Part shown: piece by piece, positions 37,555-46,944 of the stretch
How positions within the stretch are numbered: position 1 is the stretch's first letter
How the letters are laid out: each line of letters starts with the position of its first letter
IMG/VR virus record: IMGVR_UViG_3300032050_010539
Source of the DNA: a virus
DNA length: 64,000 nt
Direction: 5' to 3' (one strand)
Translations under genes and position numbers: made by a program
The notes under the pieces: model-generated
Told to the model about the DNA's origin: nothing
Seen by the model: the letters and a program-made list of their open reading frames with translations, nothing else
The model's database searches: none

Positions 37555-38997
37555 TCAAGTAGTGAATACAGTGACGTGATCACCACCGTATGTATCAGTG
37601 GCTATCCTAATGCGCGCCTCACTCTGAGAGTGGAACCAGCCCTGTGGATCCACGAAGTCAATTATAGGTGGGTTACGCTTACCCTCTTTAACGCGTAAGG
37701 CCCGGCCCACCTTTTGAATCATAGATACACCGTCTACTCCTCCCTTACCGCCGGCGGCCATTATAATACTACCAATAGAGCGTATGCTTACACCTAGGCT
37801 CAAGATACCCTCACTGGCTATAGCGCCAGATATAGAGCCCGCTGACAGCTGGTCCAGTACATTGGTTATGTTAGTACTCTTACCATGAATAATGGGTAGA
37901 GATGTGCCCAGCGCCTCTAGCTCAGTCAGTACGTTAAGGGCCTGACTGGCAGGATTCTTCTTCTTACTACTAGTACCTACCTTACGTACTAGGATGAGCA
38001 CAGGCCCATAGCCGTCTTTTATCAGTCGGCATGCGTGCCTTGCTATAAGGGCATTGCGGGCTCTATTATTAACTATGACGCTATCGTATAGCTGATTATA
38101 GAGATATGGTGTGAAGGGCTTATTGAATGAGCTGTGCGTTACTGCACCGGGAGGAGCTGGATAGAACTCGAACTTAGGTTGCATAATGACACCGCTCTCG
38201 ATGAGAGTAGTCTCTTGATACTCTGCGAGAAGAGGGCCGAATATAGCCTCCATCATCTTAGGGCGAGTAGGTGTAGCAGTCATGCCAATCTTATAACACG
38301 CGTTGACTAATGACAGAGCAGTAGTGATACCACTTACATTCATATAGGTATGCGCCTCATCGAACACAGCGACCTCAATACCAGAGAGCCACTCTATATA
38401 GCGTCTATCGCCCCGTTTAATACGCTCATAGAGAGTATCTACGGTAGCGATAGTCATAGCTCCAATATCATCATTACCATCTCCTACTAGCCCAGGAGAG
38501 AGGCCCGCCCACTCCTGCACATCCTCTGCCATCTGGTAGAGTAGACGTACGGTAGGTACTACTATGAGTCGGCGGGCCTCGAAGTACTTCATCAGCGTAG
38601 CAATAACAGCGCTCTTCCCATAACCAGTAGCAGCCCGCACGTAGCCCCGGTAGCCCCGTAATATGCTAGTTATTGCCTCTCGTTGGTCGAGACGTAGTCT
38701 AGCGTCTATAACGGGATCGAGTAGAGTTGGTCGGGGGGGCAATTCTAGAGTAGCGGTATGGCCAGCCCGTCGTAGTAACTCCATATAAAGAGGGAGGAGG
38801 CCCGCCAATAAGCGATAGCCTCCTTGCCCATCTGGATAATAGAGAGGGTAATGAGCGGGTATAGCTAGGAGTTCAATAGGAAGAATACCCGCTATAGAGC
38901 GGGCTTCCTCTACGTCTAGCACTGCACAGAGATGTCTATGACAGTCTGGCAGTAGTTCTGGTATATAGGCCCAGTTACCATCTACTCGTATTATCAT
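37555..38997 (-). CDS. uvsW: UvsW-like SF2 helicase
   Basis: LRLDQ, ATGYGKS, VPT..L..Q, DEAH, GMTATP, QKVGRALR. Confidence 0.85.
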   Translation of the reverse strand: MIIRVDGNWAYIPELLPDCHRHLCAVLDVEEARSIAGILPIELLAIPAHYPLYYPDGQGGYRLLAGLLPLYMELLRRAGHTATLELPPRPTLLDPVIDARLRLDQREAITSILRGYRGYVRAATGYGKSAVIATLMKYFEARRLIVVPTVRLLYQMAEDVQEWAGLSPGLVGDGNDDIGAMTIATVDTLYERIKRGDRRYIEWLSGIEVAVFDEAHTYMNVSGITTALSLVNACYKIGMTATPTRPKMMEAIFGPLLAEYQETTLIESGVIMQPKFEFYPAPPGAVTHSSFNKPFTPYLYNQLYDSVIVNNRARNALIARHACRLIKDGYGPVLILVRKVGTSSKKKNPASQALNVLTELEALGTSLPIIHGKSTNITNVLDQLSAGSISGAIASEGILSLGVSIRSIGSIIMAAGGKGGVDGVSMIQKVGRALRVKEGKRNPPIIDFVDPQGWFHSQSEARIRIATDTYGGDHVTVFTT

Positions 38998-40160
38998 TCG
39001 GCCCAGGGGTTCCCATTAATCTCAATTGTCTCTTCTTCTACAATTTCCGCAGGACACGGGCCAGCACTCTTTGTGTTACTAAAGTCACCCTCATTGAGAA
39101 CATTAATCTCACCAGTAGGATTAATCTGCTGCCAGTACTTGCGTGCCGTCTTAATAGCCCCTAAGTCAGGAATCTCCTTAACTGCGAAGTTTAGTGATGC
39201 CTTGGGGTTCTTATCTTCTGGATTAGGCGGTACGATACTAATGATAATAGTCTGAAAATAAGGGCTCATCTTCATTGCAATAGTATCGCGTTTGCCAACA
39301 GGGGCATTATTGAAGTCCTTGCTGTGCTTGTAGATGAGATTATTGACCATGGCTTCATAACCAACACTAGTCCACTGTTTAGTTGAGGCATCCCAGATAC
39401 CACGACGAGTAGACTTTGCCTTGAGGGGAATAATTAGGATGAAGCCAGTATCATCCATGAGTTCTTTCACTGTATAGTCATTGAAGGTAGATGTGACCTT
39501 GCCTCCCTTATTGGACAATACTCGAGTGGTGAAGCCTGTAACATAGAAGATAATCTGGCCCGTCGGGCTACAGGTAACAGGGCGGTCCTTACCTTCTACC
39601 TCTTGACTATGTAGGCCTGCGCGAATACATTCACTACAGGTCATGCCCTTCTTACCAACTAGACCTAGCTTATCGACAATAGGTAGAGGGCGATTGGGTG
39701 GATCTCCATATTCAGTTACGCCCTTGAGACATACGTTCTCAGGGAGGGCCTGGATTAGTTTAATACTACCATCAGGATAGGTACGCTTATATCCCACACT
39801 ATTACAGAAGCGCACATATTTACTATTAGCTTCATCCCAATAGCTGTGGTCTAACTGCGCCTGGTGCTGTAGTATTACGCCCTGTAACCGTACAATCACA
39901 CCATTCACGCCCTCGAATTGTTCGAATAACTTCTGGTCATCCTGGCCTGGGTAGGCCCAGCGCATCTCTTGGCTATCTTGATAACTAGCGCTATTAAGAC
40001 GGCGGACGACAATATCCTTAGGCAGCGAGGTAAAGAATGTATTGGGACTACTCTTCGATGTATTGATATCAATAGTATCAGTGATGGTATTGATATCAAT
40101 GTTCAGTTCAGTAGCTAAACTAAGATAATCGTTATCGACATTAAGTAATAAATCAGACAT
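38994..40160 (-). CDS. hypothetical protein, possible ssDNA-binding protein
   Basis: Replication cluster; Cys motifs; acidic tail ending in an aromatic residue (EEETIEINGNPWAE). Confidence 0.45.
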   Translation of the reverse strand: MSDLLLNVDNDYLSLATELNIDINTITDTIDINTSKSSPNTFFTSLPKDIVVRRLNSASYQDSQEMRWAYPGQDDQKLFEQFEGVNGVIVRLQGVILQHQAQLDHSYWDEANSKYVRFCNSVGYKRTYPDGSIKLIQALPENVCLKGVTEYGDPPNRPLPIVDKLGLVGKKGMTCSECIRAGLHSQEVEGKDRPVTCSPTGQIIFYVTGFTTRVLSNKGGKVTSTFNDYTVKELMDDTGFILIIPLKAKSTRRGIWDASTKQWTSVGYEAMVNNLIYKHSKDFNNAPVGKRDTIAMKMSPYFQTIIISIVPPNPEDKNPKASLNFAVKEIPDLGAIKTARKYWQQINPTGEINVLNEGDFSNTKSAGPCPAEIVEEETIEINGNPWAE

Positions 40161-40271
40161 ATTCGTGTAATTGTATGTGGTGTATATCTGGTTTAGGTGA
40201 ACCAGTAACCTTATAGACGCGACTAATCAATGCGATAGCCGTAGTTATGCGGCAGGAGCCAGCACTCGGTC

Positions 40272-40958
40272 CTAGTTCAGAAGTGTATCAAGAAAGGCGA
40301 GGTCGTCTTCTGATGGGGTGGGCCCCACTCTAGCTATCCACTCCTCTAGCGCTAGTACCAGCCAGCTAGAGCGTGGGCCACCTGCTCTAACACAGGCAGC
40401 TACTCTCTCTATAGCAACACCTATACTATCAGTGCGGCTATTAGACATCAATGCTACATATACCTCACTATCTAGGTTAAGTATGTGGCGGGCCCCGCGA
40501 CCCAGGCGTACTCGGTTACTCCGAGTGCTAGGCTCGACCCAATCTGCTGGCTTACCAGTCTCCTTATAGAGCAGGCTAAGTATTAATAGCTCTGCTCCCA
40601 GGCGACGAGGGGCCATATGATAGGCTCGCCATAGATTAAGGCGCCCCTGCTGCGTGAGTACGCCCCCTACCTTATTCAGGATAGCCTGATACTGATTGGG
40701 GTCTACCTCATAACTTGTACCGCGAGCGGCCCATGCAACTGGTATCCTATCGAAGACGAGATAGGCGGTGTTACCCTCTACCTGTGTTACATGATCGATA
40801 GCAGGGGGCCCCTCCCATATAACCACCACTGGCTCTAGGAAGTTACCCCACTCGAGACAGGTCGCATCGTGTCCTACTAGAGGAGTAATACCCTGCTGCC
40901 GCAAGTGATAGTTGAGTAGAGTGACAGGTGTAGTAGTCAGGTATATCACTGCAGCCAC
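40272..40958 (-). CDS. hypothetical protein, possibly clamp-loader delta-like subunit
   Basis: Directly downstream of the DnaX-like gene; function inferred from context only. Confidence 0.4.
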   Translation of the reverse strand: MAAVIYLTTTPVTLLNYHLRQQGITPLVGHDATCLEWGNFLEPVVVIWEGPPAIDHVTQVEGNTAYLVFDRIPVAWAARGTSYEVDPNQYQAILNKVGGVLTQQGRLNLWRAYHMAPRRLGAELLILSLLYKETGKPADWVEPSTRSNRVRLGRGARHILNLDSEVYVALMSNSRTDSIGVAIERVAACVRAGGPRSSWLVLALEEWIARVGPTPSEDDLAFLDTLLN

Positions 40959-42049
40959 CTCAGTCCCGTACCTCGAGTTAATAGCAGGGGTACGGGGGGC
41001 ACCACACTAGTACCCAGATGGGCTAGTAGAACAGCCTCTAGTGGGTACGACTTATTACCCCACCAGCGAGCCAGGTCAGCAAGTAATCGTTCTATAGAGG
41101 GATTAGGTCCAGTAATTCTATTAATGATATCCTCCACTAGAAGGCCCGCGATTACCTCCCCATTAACGTCGAGTCGCCACATCTTGATATAAGCGCGGAC
41201 GGTTCTCACATCACTAAGGGCCAGGGCGCTCCAGAATGCAGCTCGGCCCTCTACAGTAGCGCCACCTGCTAGTTCATCATAAACTAGGTCATAGGTGATA
41301 TCCTCTACTGTATTAACTAGTAATAGTCGCTCTAGAAGAGACCATGCTCTACCAGCGCTACCGGCCAGTTTAACGAGGGCCTGAGCTGCCTCCAGCTCTA
41401 TGTTCATTATATCACAAATACGCCCTGCCATATCATCAATGGGAGGATTAGATAGCGGTACCTCTAAGCAGCGGCGCTCTATGGCCTGGCTCGTCACCTT
41501 ATTAGTCATTAGCTTCTGCTTATCCATAGTGCACAGGATCCAACTGGTATGATTGGGTCCGAACTCAATGGCCTCTAGTAATAGAGATGCCAGCTCAGGG
41601 CTGATACGTTGAAATTCATCGAGGATGATGAACTGGCGATACTGATCTTCTCTATCCCCTACTATTATAGGACTCGCATAGGCTATTTCCAAGTAGCGCT
41701 CTATATGAGGCCGGGCCTCAGTAGGGCTACTGATAGTATAGTGATAAATATTAGTGGTATCGGTACCCAGACATACGGGGCACTCACCGCAGCCCTCCCA
41801 GCTACCGGGCTCACGATTAGGACAGAGAGTGCTACGAGCATATAGTAGGGCTAGTGTAGTCTTACCGCAACCAGGCGGGCCCCACATTAACATATTCCCT
41901 GCTGAGTAAACATTATTACCTGCCGAGCTATGTAGATTTCTGCTGATAAGAGCCTTAACTAGCGAGATGGCCAATCCGCCACCTACATAGTCAGCTAGTC
42001 GGCGGGGCCTATGTTCATTAGATAGGCTATTAGTCATGGGGACGCACAC
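40946..42049 (-). CDS. dnaX: DNA polymerase III gamma/tau-like clamp loader (start probably 42037)
   Basis: HRPRRLADYVG, GPPGCGKTT, Zn module C...CGECPVC, ILDEFQ, IERRC. Confidence 0.85.
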   Translation of the reverse strand: MCVPMTNSLSNEHRPRRLADYVGGGLAISLVKALISRNLHSSAGNNVYSAGNMLMWGPPGCGKTTLALLYARSTLCPNREPGSWEGCGECPVCLGTDTTNIYHYTISSPTEARPHIERYLEIAYASPIIVGDREDQYRQFIILDEFQRISPELASLLLEAIEFGPNHTSWILCTMDKQKLMTNKVTSQAIERRCLEVPLSNPPIDDMAGRICDIMNIELEAAQALVKLAGSAGRAWSLLERLLLVNTVEDITYDLVYDELAGGATVEGRAAFWSALALSDVRTVRAYIKMWRLDVNGEVIAGLLVEDIINRITGPNPSIERLLADLARWWGNKSYPLEAVLLAHLGTSVVPPVPLLLTRGTGLRWLQ

Positions 42050-42200
42050 AGATAATACATACTAGGGTGAAAACTATGACGATAATTGTACCTATCTCCA
42101 GAAGAGTGAACCCCTGTTTAGCAACGTCAATAGTACGTTCAGTAAGACCATAGATGGCCCCAATTAATAGATACCAGTACGCTAGATTCTTAGTATTCAT
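42030..42200 (-). CDS. 56-aa membrane peptide with prepilin-like GFTLLE motif
   Basis: MNTKNLAYWYLLIGAIYGLTERTIDVAKQGFTLLEIGTIIVIVFTLVCIICVRPHD; fills the gap exactly. Confidence 0.55.
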   Translation of the reverse strand: MNTKNLAYWYLLIGAIYGLTERTIDVAKQGFTLLEIGTIIVIVFTLVCIICVRPHD

Positions 42201-42205
42201 ATAAA

Positions 42206-42469
42206 CTAAACAATAATAGTGATGTGTCCTTCTTGATTATCATGGGGCAGTAGATTGCGCGCAATACTCCAGATCAACTTAGTCTCCTCGATATTAAAAT
42301 TAGCGGATATCATGTACGTGTCAGTAACGTCAGAGTTATAGAGAGGCGCTAGGAGACAGGGTTGATTATTATCATGCCAATAGTAGACGACGATACTCTT
42401 GATACCCAGAGAGCGCAACTTATTGAATAAGGCAGCCCGCTCTGTGACATGTTTATTTTGTGTTTGCAT
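42206..42469 (-). CDS. hypothetical protein, 87 aa
   Basis: Packed ORF. Confidence 0.55.
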   Translation of the reverse strand: MQTQNKHVTERAALFNKLRSLGIKSIVVYYWHDNNQPCLLAPLYNSDVTDTYMISANFNIEETKLIWSIARNLLPHDNQEGHITIIV

Positions 42470-43208
42470 AGTTCAGTATCTCTTGCTTAATGATATTTAT
42501 ATCCTTCCTGAAGTACCACATCATACTACCTACAGGGACGGGGTTCCACATACGAGTCTTAACTACCTTATCGATGTCACTATCTCGCAGGGCTTTCTTA
42601 CTGCGAAGTAGGGCCTCGAGGTCACGTTTAACATCCTCTTCATCTATAGTAGTCTTATAGAAGACACCTCTCTCTACCTCTATTGGATTAAACGTAGTTA
42701 CAGTAGGATGGCCCCGCCAGTTATAGACAGCCCCTCTGTAATTGGCTATAGTGGCGTCGAGACCGTGTATGGCCTTAACTGCTTCGCTACCTGCTAGTAA
42801 TAGAGGTACGCCAGTTGGTAGTGCTGTGAGCTCAGGGAGTAGCCAGGTATCCCGACAGCGGGAGCGATGAATATCTTTAACTGTCTTGTCTCGAGGGGAG
42901 CACTTTATAGCATTAGTGAAATACACTAACTTATTAATGGGGGGCCCATCCCACGTGGGGTCACACTCTATAGCCCAATATAAGCAACGCCGGAGGAAGG
43001 CCCCGGCGCCACTAGTATCTTCACTGTTAGTGCCGGGAGCGAGGCTCATCTTAGTGGCCTCCTCACGTTTACCAGGATAGGCTGAGATAGCTACTAGTAT
43101 TACATCTTCAATAGGTTTCTCAGACTGACCACTCACTGCCTGCCTAGTAGATAGACTACATACAGTACACTGCGGGTTGAATTGTACGGCTTGGTATAAC
43201 GCTGTCAT
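42453..43208 (-). CDS. uracil-DNA glycosylase (family 4-like, Fe-S)
   Basis: CTVCSL, YPGKREE, GAG..L, YFTNAIKC, C...WLL.EL, TFNP. Confidence 0.8.
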   Translation of the reverse strand: MTALYQAVQFNPQCTVCSLSTRQAVSGQSEKPIEDVILVAISAYPGKREEATKMSLAPGTNSEDTSGAGAFLRRCLYWAIECDPTWDGPPINKLVYFTNAIKCSPRDKTVKDIHRSRCRDTWLLPELTALPTGVPLLLAGSEAVKAIHGLDATIANYRGAVYNWRGHPTVTTFNPIEVERGVFYKTTIDEEDVKRDLEALLRSKKALRDSDIDKVVKTRMWNPVPVGSMMWYFRKDINIIKQEILNYANTK

Positions 43209-44581
43209 TGAAAAACTGGGCCTGAAACCCCGCCCTCCGCTATCGCTAAAGGGCGGCTTTATACAAGTTAGTGAGAAACAATTAAACCGTTAGAACGACG
43301 AATTAACTGAATCTTGCTAACAACTATTTGTCCCAATCGTTTCCAACTGGTATCGCTTACAGATAGCTGTTTTTCGGTATCTCCACTAACATAACCAATC
43401 CCTTTGGGAGAAGAAACTAAATCTCCTTTACGGAACCCATGTCTTGTGGTAGAGCCACCATATTTACGTCGTTTACCACCTTTAGAAAAAACCATCAGGT
43501 GAAGTTGACGACGACTAATAGGAGGACGTTTGATAATAGCAAAGGGAGCGTTTGTTACTTTAACAGAACCCTTCCAATCATGTCCATGTCCATTATAAGT
43601 ATGGAATGGCAAATAATCTAAAAAGTGAAAACAGGCAAGAGCAATTCCATCGTTAGCATGACTTTCGGGTGATTGTTCTGCTTTATTTTTAGACTTTTCT
43701 AGTCGCAAATGTTTTCTGAGATTAGAAGTTTGCCAACCAAAGCGAGTATGGACTGTTGCAAACTGAGACAGTTGCTCAATAGTCCATTTCTGTCCAACCA
43801 TAACCGGCGAAAAACCTTTTCCAGACTTAGCTCCTTTCCTGCCCGAAGTTAAATCAACATCAGCTTTAACGTACTCAAAATAAATATCGGTAATTGGATA
43901 GATTTTGGTTAGTTCGGAAACGACTCGAAGTTCAAGTTGACGATTAGCTCTGATTGAAGGGGCCAACTTAGATTTTCTTCTGTTGGAGAATCGTTTTTGT
44001 CTATGCGCCCGTGACTTAAAAGGAATGTGGCGGTTGATACGCCGTCCCCTTCTACCCCGTCGCATTAATCGCCGATTATCCATGCGTTCTCTTACTCGCT
44101 TAAAGGGAAGTTCTAAGTGAGCTTTCCAGAGAGTGAAAAGAGAGGATTGAACGCCAATTCCAGAGAATAATTTACCCGGGTCAATACCAATGGCAATCGG
44201 TTGGGTTTTACTATCGGAAGGCTCGGTGATTAACTGGACATAGAAAATATCTAAGTCGTTGAATTTACCGATAGCTTTTCCTTCCTTAATCCACCGTCTA
44301 GCCCGACTAGGTTTAGTCGGCATTAACGGTTTTCCGTCTTTTGAGATTACAGGTACTCTTTGCATGGGAGATAATCCTTAAGAGTAAAGTTTAAGTCCCT
44401 TAGCCCACCAAACAAACTATGTCTTGTCTTACAACGTCTCACCAATGAGACTTAGAGGGAATCCGAACTAGGGAAGTATTCAGAGGTCTGTAAGATTGTT
44501 CGGCTCAACGGGCTAGTCTCTACTTGCGTTGCCTAAATTGGTCTAGGCAAGCCCCGTCTCTTTTAGGGTGGGGTTAGTGAC
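43209..44581 (-). mobile_element. IS200/IS605-superfamily OMEGA element (omegaRNA + isrB, no tnpA)
   Basis: 5' end GTCACTAACCCC-hairpin; distal GC hairpin plus TTTTTCA abutting ATGA. Confidence 0.85.
43268..44365 (-). CDS. isrB: IsrB RNA-guided nickase (RRXRR family without HNH)
   Basis: PLMP domain, RuvC-I GIDPG, Arg-rich bridge helix RRLMRRGRRGRR, RuvC-II YFE, RuvC-III SHANDG; no HNH; 365 aa. Confidence 0.88.
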   Translation of the reverse strand: MQRVPVISKDGKPLMPTKPSRARRWIKEGKAIGKFNDLDIFYVQLITEPSDSKTQPIAIGIDPGKLFSGIGVQSSLFTLWKAHLELPFKRVRERMDNRRLMRRGRRGRRINRHIPFKSRAHRQKRFSNRRKSKLAPSIRANRQLELRVVSELTKIYPITDIYFEYVKADVDLTSGRKGAKSGKGFSPVMVGQKWTIEQLSQFATVHTRFGWQTSNLRKHLRLEKSKNKAEQSPESHANDGIALACFHFLDYLPFHTYNGHGHDWKGSVKVTNAPFAIIKRPPISRRQLHLMVFSKGGKRRKYGGSTTRHGFRKGDLVSSPKGIGYVSGDTEKQLSVSDTSWKRLGQIVVSKIQLIRRSNGLIVSH

Positions 44582-44600
44582 CAGTTAGCTGGACATAGAA
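44380..44600 (-). ncRNA. omegaRNA 1 (scaffold from 44581; guide from the flank 44582-~44600)
   Basis: Conserved ~200-nt block upstream of isrB, present three times in the window. Confidence 0.8.
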
Positions 44601-44720
44601 AATATCTAAGTCGTTGAATTTGCCGATAGCTTTTCCTTCCTTAATCCACCGTCTGGCCCGACTGGGTTTGGTGGGCATTAACGGCTTTCCGTCTTTTGAG
44701 ATAACAGGAACTCTTGCCAT
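44582..44720 (-). pseudogene. isrB: truncated isrB (5' ~46 codons)
   Basis: MARVPVISKDGKPLMPTKP...DIFYVQLT cut off by the end of element 1. Confidence 0.85.
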
Positions 44721-44734
44721 GGAGATAATCCTTA

Positions 44735-44955
44735 AGAGTAAAGTTAAAGTCCCTTTCCGCAACACAATCAAGATGTCTTGTCTAACAACGTCTCACCAAT
44801 GAGACTTAGAGGGAATCCGAACTAGGGAAGTATTCGGAAGTCTGTGCCAGATTGTGTCTCGATGCGGTAGTCTCTACTTGCGTCGCCTAAATTGGTCTAG
44901 GCAAGCCCTACCCTAAAAAGGACGGGGTTAGTGACACTCCAGATATAGGGTAGGG
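44735..44955 (-). ncRNA. omegaRNA 2 (scaffold from 44935)
   Basis: Homologous to omegaRNA 1 and 3. Confidence 0.75.
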
Positions 44956-45103
44956 CTACAGACAATCCCAGAGATAGAGTAGGGTTAATGACCATTATCA
45001 GCCCTGTCCTTTTAGGGTAGAGTTAGTGACAGATCTTGCTCCTGTCTTTTTAGGGCGGGGTTAGTGACATTTACTCCTGTCGCCCTAAGGCGGGATTAGT
45101 GAC
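44936..45103 (-). repeat. five tandem degenerate copies (28-38 bp) of the omegaRNA 5' end/hairpin
   Basis: GTC(A)..(A)CCC...hairpin units starting at 45103, 45068, 45030, 44992, 44963. Confidence 0.75.
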
Positions 45104-46185
45104 TAAGTCTGAATTTCGAAGCTTTCGGGATCTATGCCTTTATTGAATTCGATTACAGCTTCGCGGGCTGAGGTGTGCTTGGGATCAACACGTACTGCAT
45201 GGTAGTCATTAGTGCTGGGGCAACGCATGGTTAGGATATGCGCGTCCTCGCCACCGAAGTCACCACGGATGATGTGTAACTCGTACTCATTACCGTAACC
45301 TACGTAGCTAGTAGTATTATAGGTGCTGATGATCTCACTATCCAGGCGCGATAGAATATTCTCGTAGCCCAGCGCCTCAATGAGAATACGGCGATGCTCA
45401 GAGTTCATGCCCTTCTCATCATCAAGTAACCATTTGGGATCCCAGGTGGAGCTATGACACTGCATGAAGGCCGGTAACGGGGTACCGTGCCATAACCACA
45501 ATTCAACGCCATCAGAGAACTTAATTGCGGGCTCACCATCGCAATGAATATCGCCGTCCAGAGTATAATGTACCTTGGGCCGCTCACATACAATACATAA
45601 CTCCTCATAGGTGTATACCCACGATAAGTTTTCAGCAATGAGCATGTACTTATCGTAATCCTCCATAGTCACGCCGAGTACCTCGACGCTGAAGTTAGCG
45701 AATGCAGCAAAGCTCATACGGCACTCGTAAGAGAAGTGACCATTAGCAATATAATTGCTACACTCCTTATCCTTAATAGGATCAATGGGGCCCCGCTCTG
45801 CAACGTAAGCATCGACGAGTTTCTGGAGTACAGCCTCGTTCTTAGGAGTAGCGGGCTTACGCTTAAAGAACTCCTTGATTAATGTGAGTTCAGTCTTAGT
45901 AAACTTAGTTTTAGTCTTATTACCCTTAACGATACTCTGCTCTTCCTTCTCAGCTTTATTGAGAAGAGCAATAATACTGGCCGCCATGATGGGCGAGCTA
46001 GTGAAGATAGTACGCGGACAGTCGAGATCTCCTAAGTCACAGTGTTTCTTGAGTAGGGCATATAGTTCAGTAACTGCTTGGCGGGCTAGCACTTTATCGA
46101 AGGGGCGATCCACCATACGGATCCAGCGCTCCTTGTAGGTAGGAATTAGCTTTTCATGTTCCGGAGTTAATTCAAGATAAGTCAT
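45103..46185 (-). CDS. DUF6745-like protein
   Basis: CIVCERP...HCDGEPAI.FSDG..LW.WHG, N.EHRRILIE..GYE, MRCPST...RVDP motifs. Confidence 0.8.
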   Translation of the reverse strand: MTYLELTPEHEKLIPTYKERWIRMVDRPFDKVLARQAVTELYALLKKHCDLGDLDCPRTIFTSSPIMAASIIALLNKAEKEEQSIVKGNKTKTKFTKTELTLIKEFFKRKPATPKNEAVLQKLVDAYVAERGPIDPIKDKECSNYIANGHFSYECRMSFAAFANFSVEVLGVTMEDYDKYMLIAENLSWVYTYEELCIVCERPKVHYTLDGDIHCDGEPAIKFSDGVELWLWHGTPLPAFMQCHSSTWDPKWLLDDEKGMNSEHRRILIEALGYENILSRLDSEIISTYNTTSYVGYGNEYELHIIRGDFGGEDAHILTMRCPSTNDYHAVRVDPKHTSAREAVIEFNKGIDPESFEIQT

Positions 46186-46944
46186 TGAAAAATTAGGTTT
46201 GAAATCCCGCCCCTTAGCGATAGTGGAGGGCGGCTTTACATAAATTAATAAGAAACAATTAAAACGCTAGAACGACGAATTAACTGAATCTTGCTAACAG
46301 TTATCTATTCCAATTGTCTCCAACTGGTATCGCTTACAGATAGCTGTTTTTCCATTAACATAACCAAGTCTTTACTTGTCTTTTGCCCCTGTCCAAAATT
46401 TCTGCTTCCACACAGATATTTCAGCCTTTTTGATGGCAATTTCCCATTCTAAGTCGACTATTTCTCGCTCGAGTTCAACAATTTTACTATTAACTCGCTT
46501 TAAATCGGCGATAATTTCTTGTTTATTGCGTCTATCGTAGATAGTCAGTTCATCCTTTTGTAATTTCTCAAGAATAGAGTCTAGGAAAGCGGTTAAATTG
46601 GCCGAGGGATTGTCTATATTACCTAGACGCATCAATACCTGTACCGCTTTGACAACGTCTTGCTCATAAGCTTCTCTAGAGGGGTAATCTTGGGGTTTTT
46701 TGAGATTTAAATCGTCAATGATATTCATAGGAGATAATCCTTAAAAGTAAAGTTAATGTCCCTTCCCGCAACACAATCAAGATGTCTTGTCTAACAACGC
46801 TTTACCAATAAAGCTTAGAGGGAATCCGAACTAGGGAAGTATTCAGAGGTCTGTGCCAGATTATGTCTCAATGCGGTAGTCTCTACTTGCGTTGCCTAAA
46901 TTGGTCTAGGTAAGCCCTACCCTAAAAAGGACGGGGTTAGTGAC
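46186..46944 (-). mobile_element. non-autonomous IsrB-derived element carrying a 118-aa cargo ORF
   Basis: omegaRNA + unrelated ORF + frameshifted isrB 3' remnant (46246-46370) + distal end TTTTTCA|ATGA. Confidence 0.8.
46372..46728 (-). CDS. cargo coiled-coil protein, 118 aa
   Basis: Starts at the isrB start position (AGGATTATCTCC-N-ATG); no IsrB motifs. Confidence 0.7.
   Translation of the reverse strand: MNIIDDLNLKKPQDYPSREAYEQDVVKAVQVLMRLGNIDNPSANLTAFLDSILEKLQKDELTIYDRRNKQEIIADLKRVNSKIVELEREIVDLEWEIAIKKAEISVWKQKFWTGAKDK

Noticed and set aside
43268-44365. IscB/Cas9 or TnpB call
   Set aside because: No HNH or zinc finger between RuvC-II and RuvC-III; PLMP domain and size fit IsrB
44574-44771. 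65-aa ORF as an intact gene
   Set aside because: It is omegaRNA sequence plus the truncated isrB 5' end
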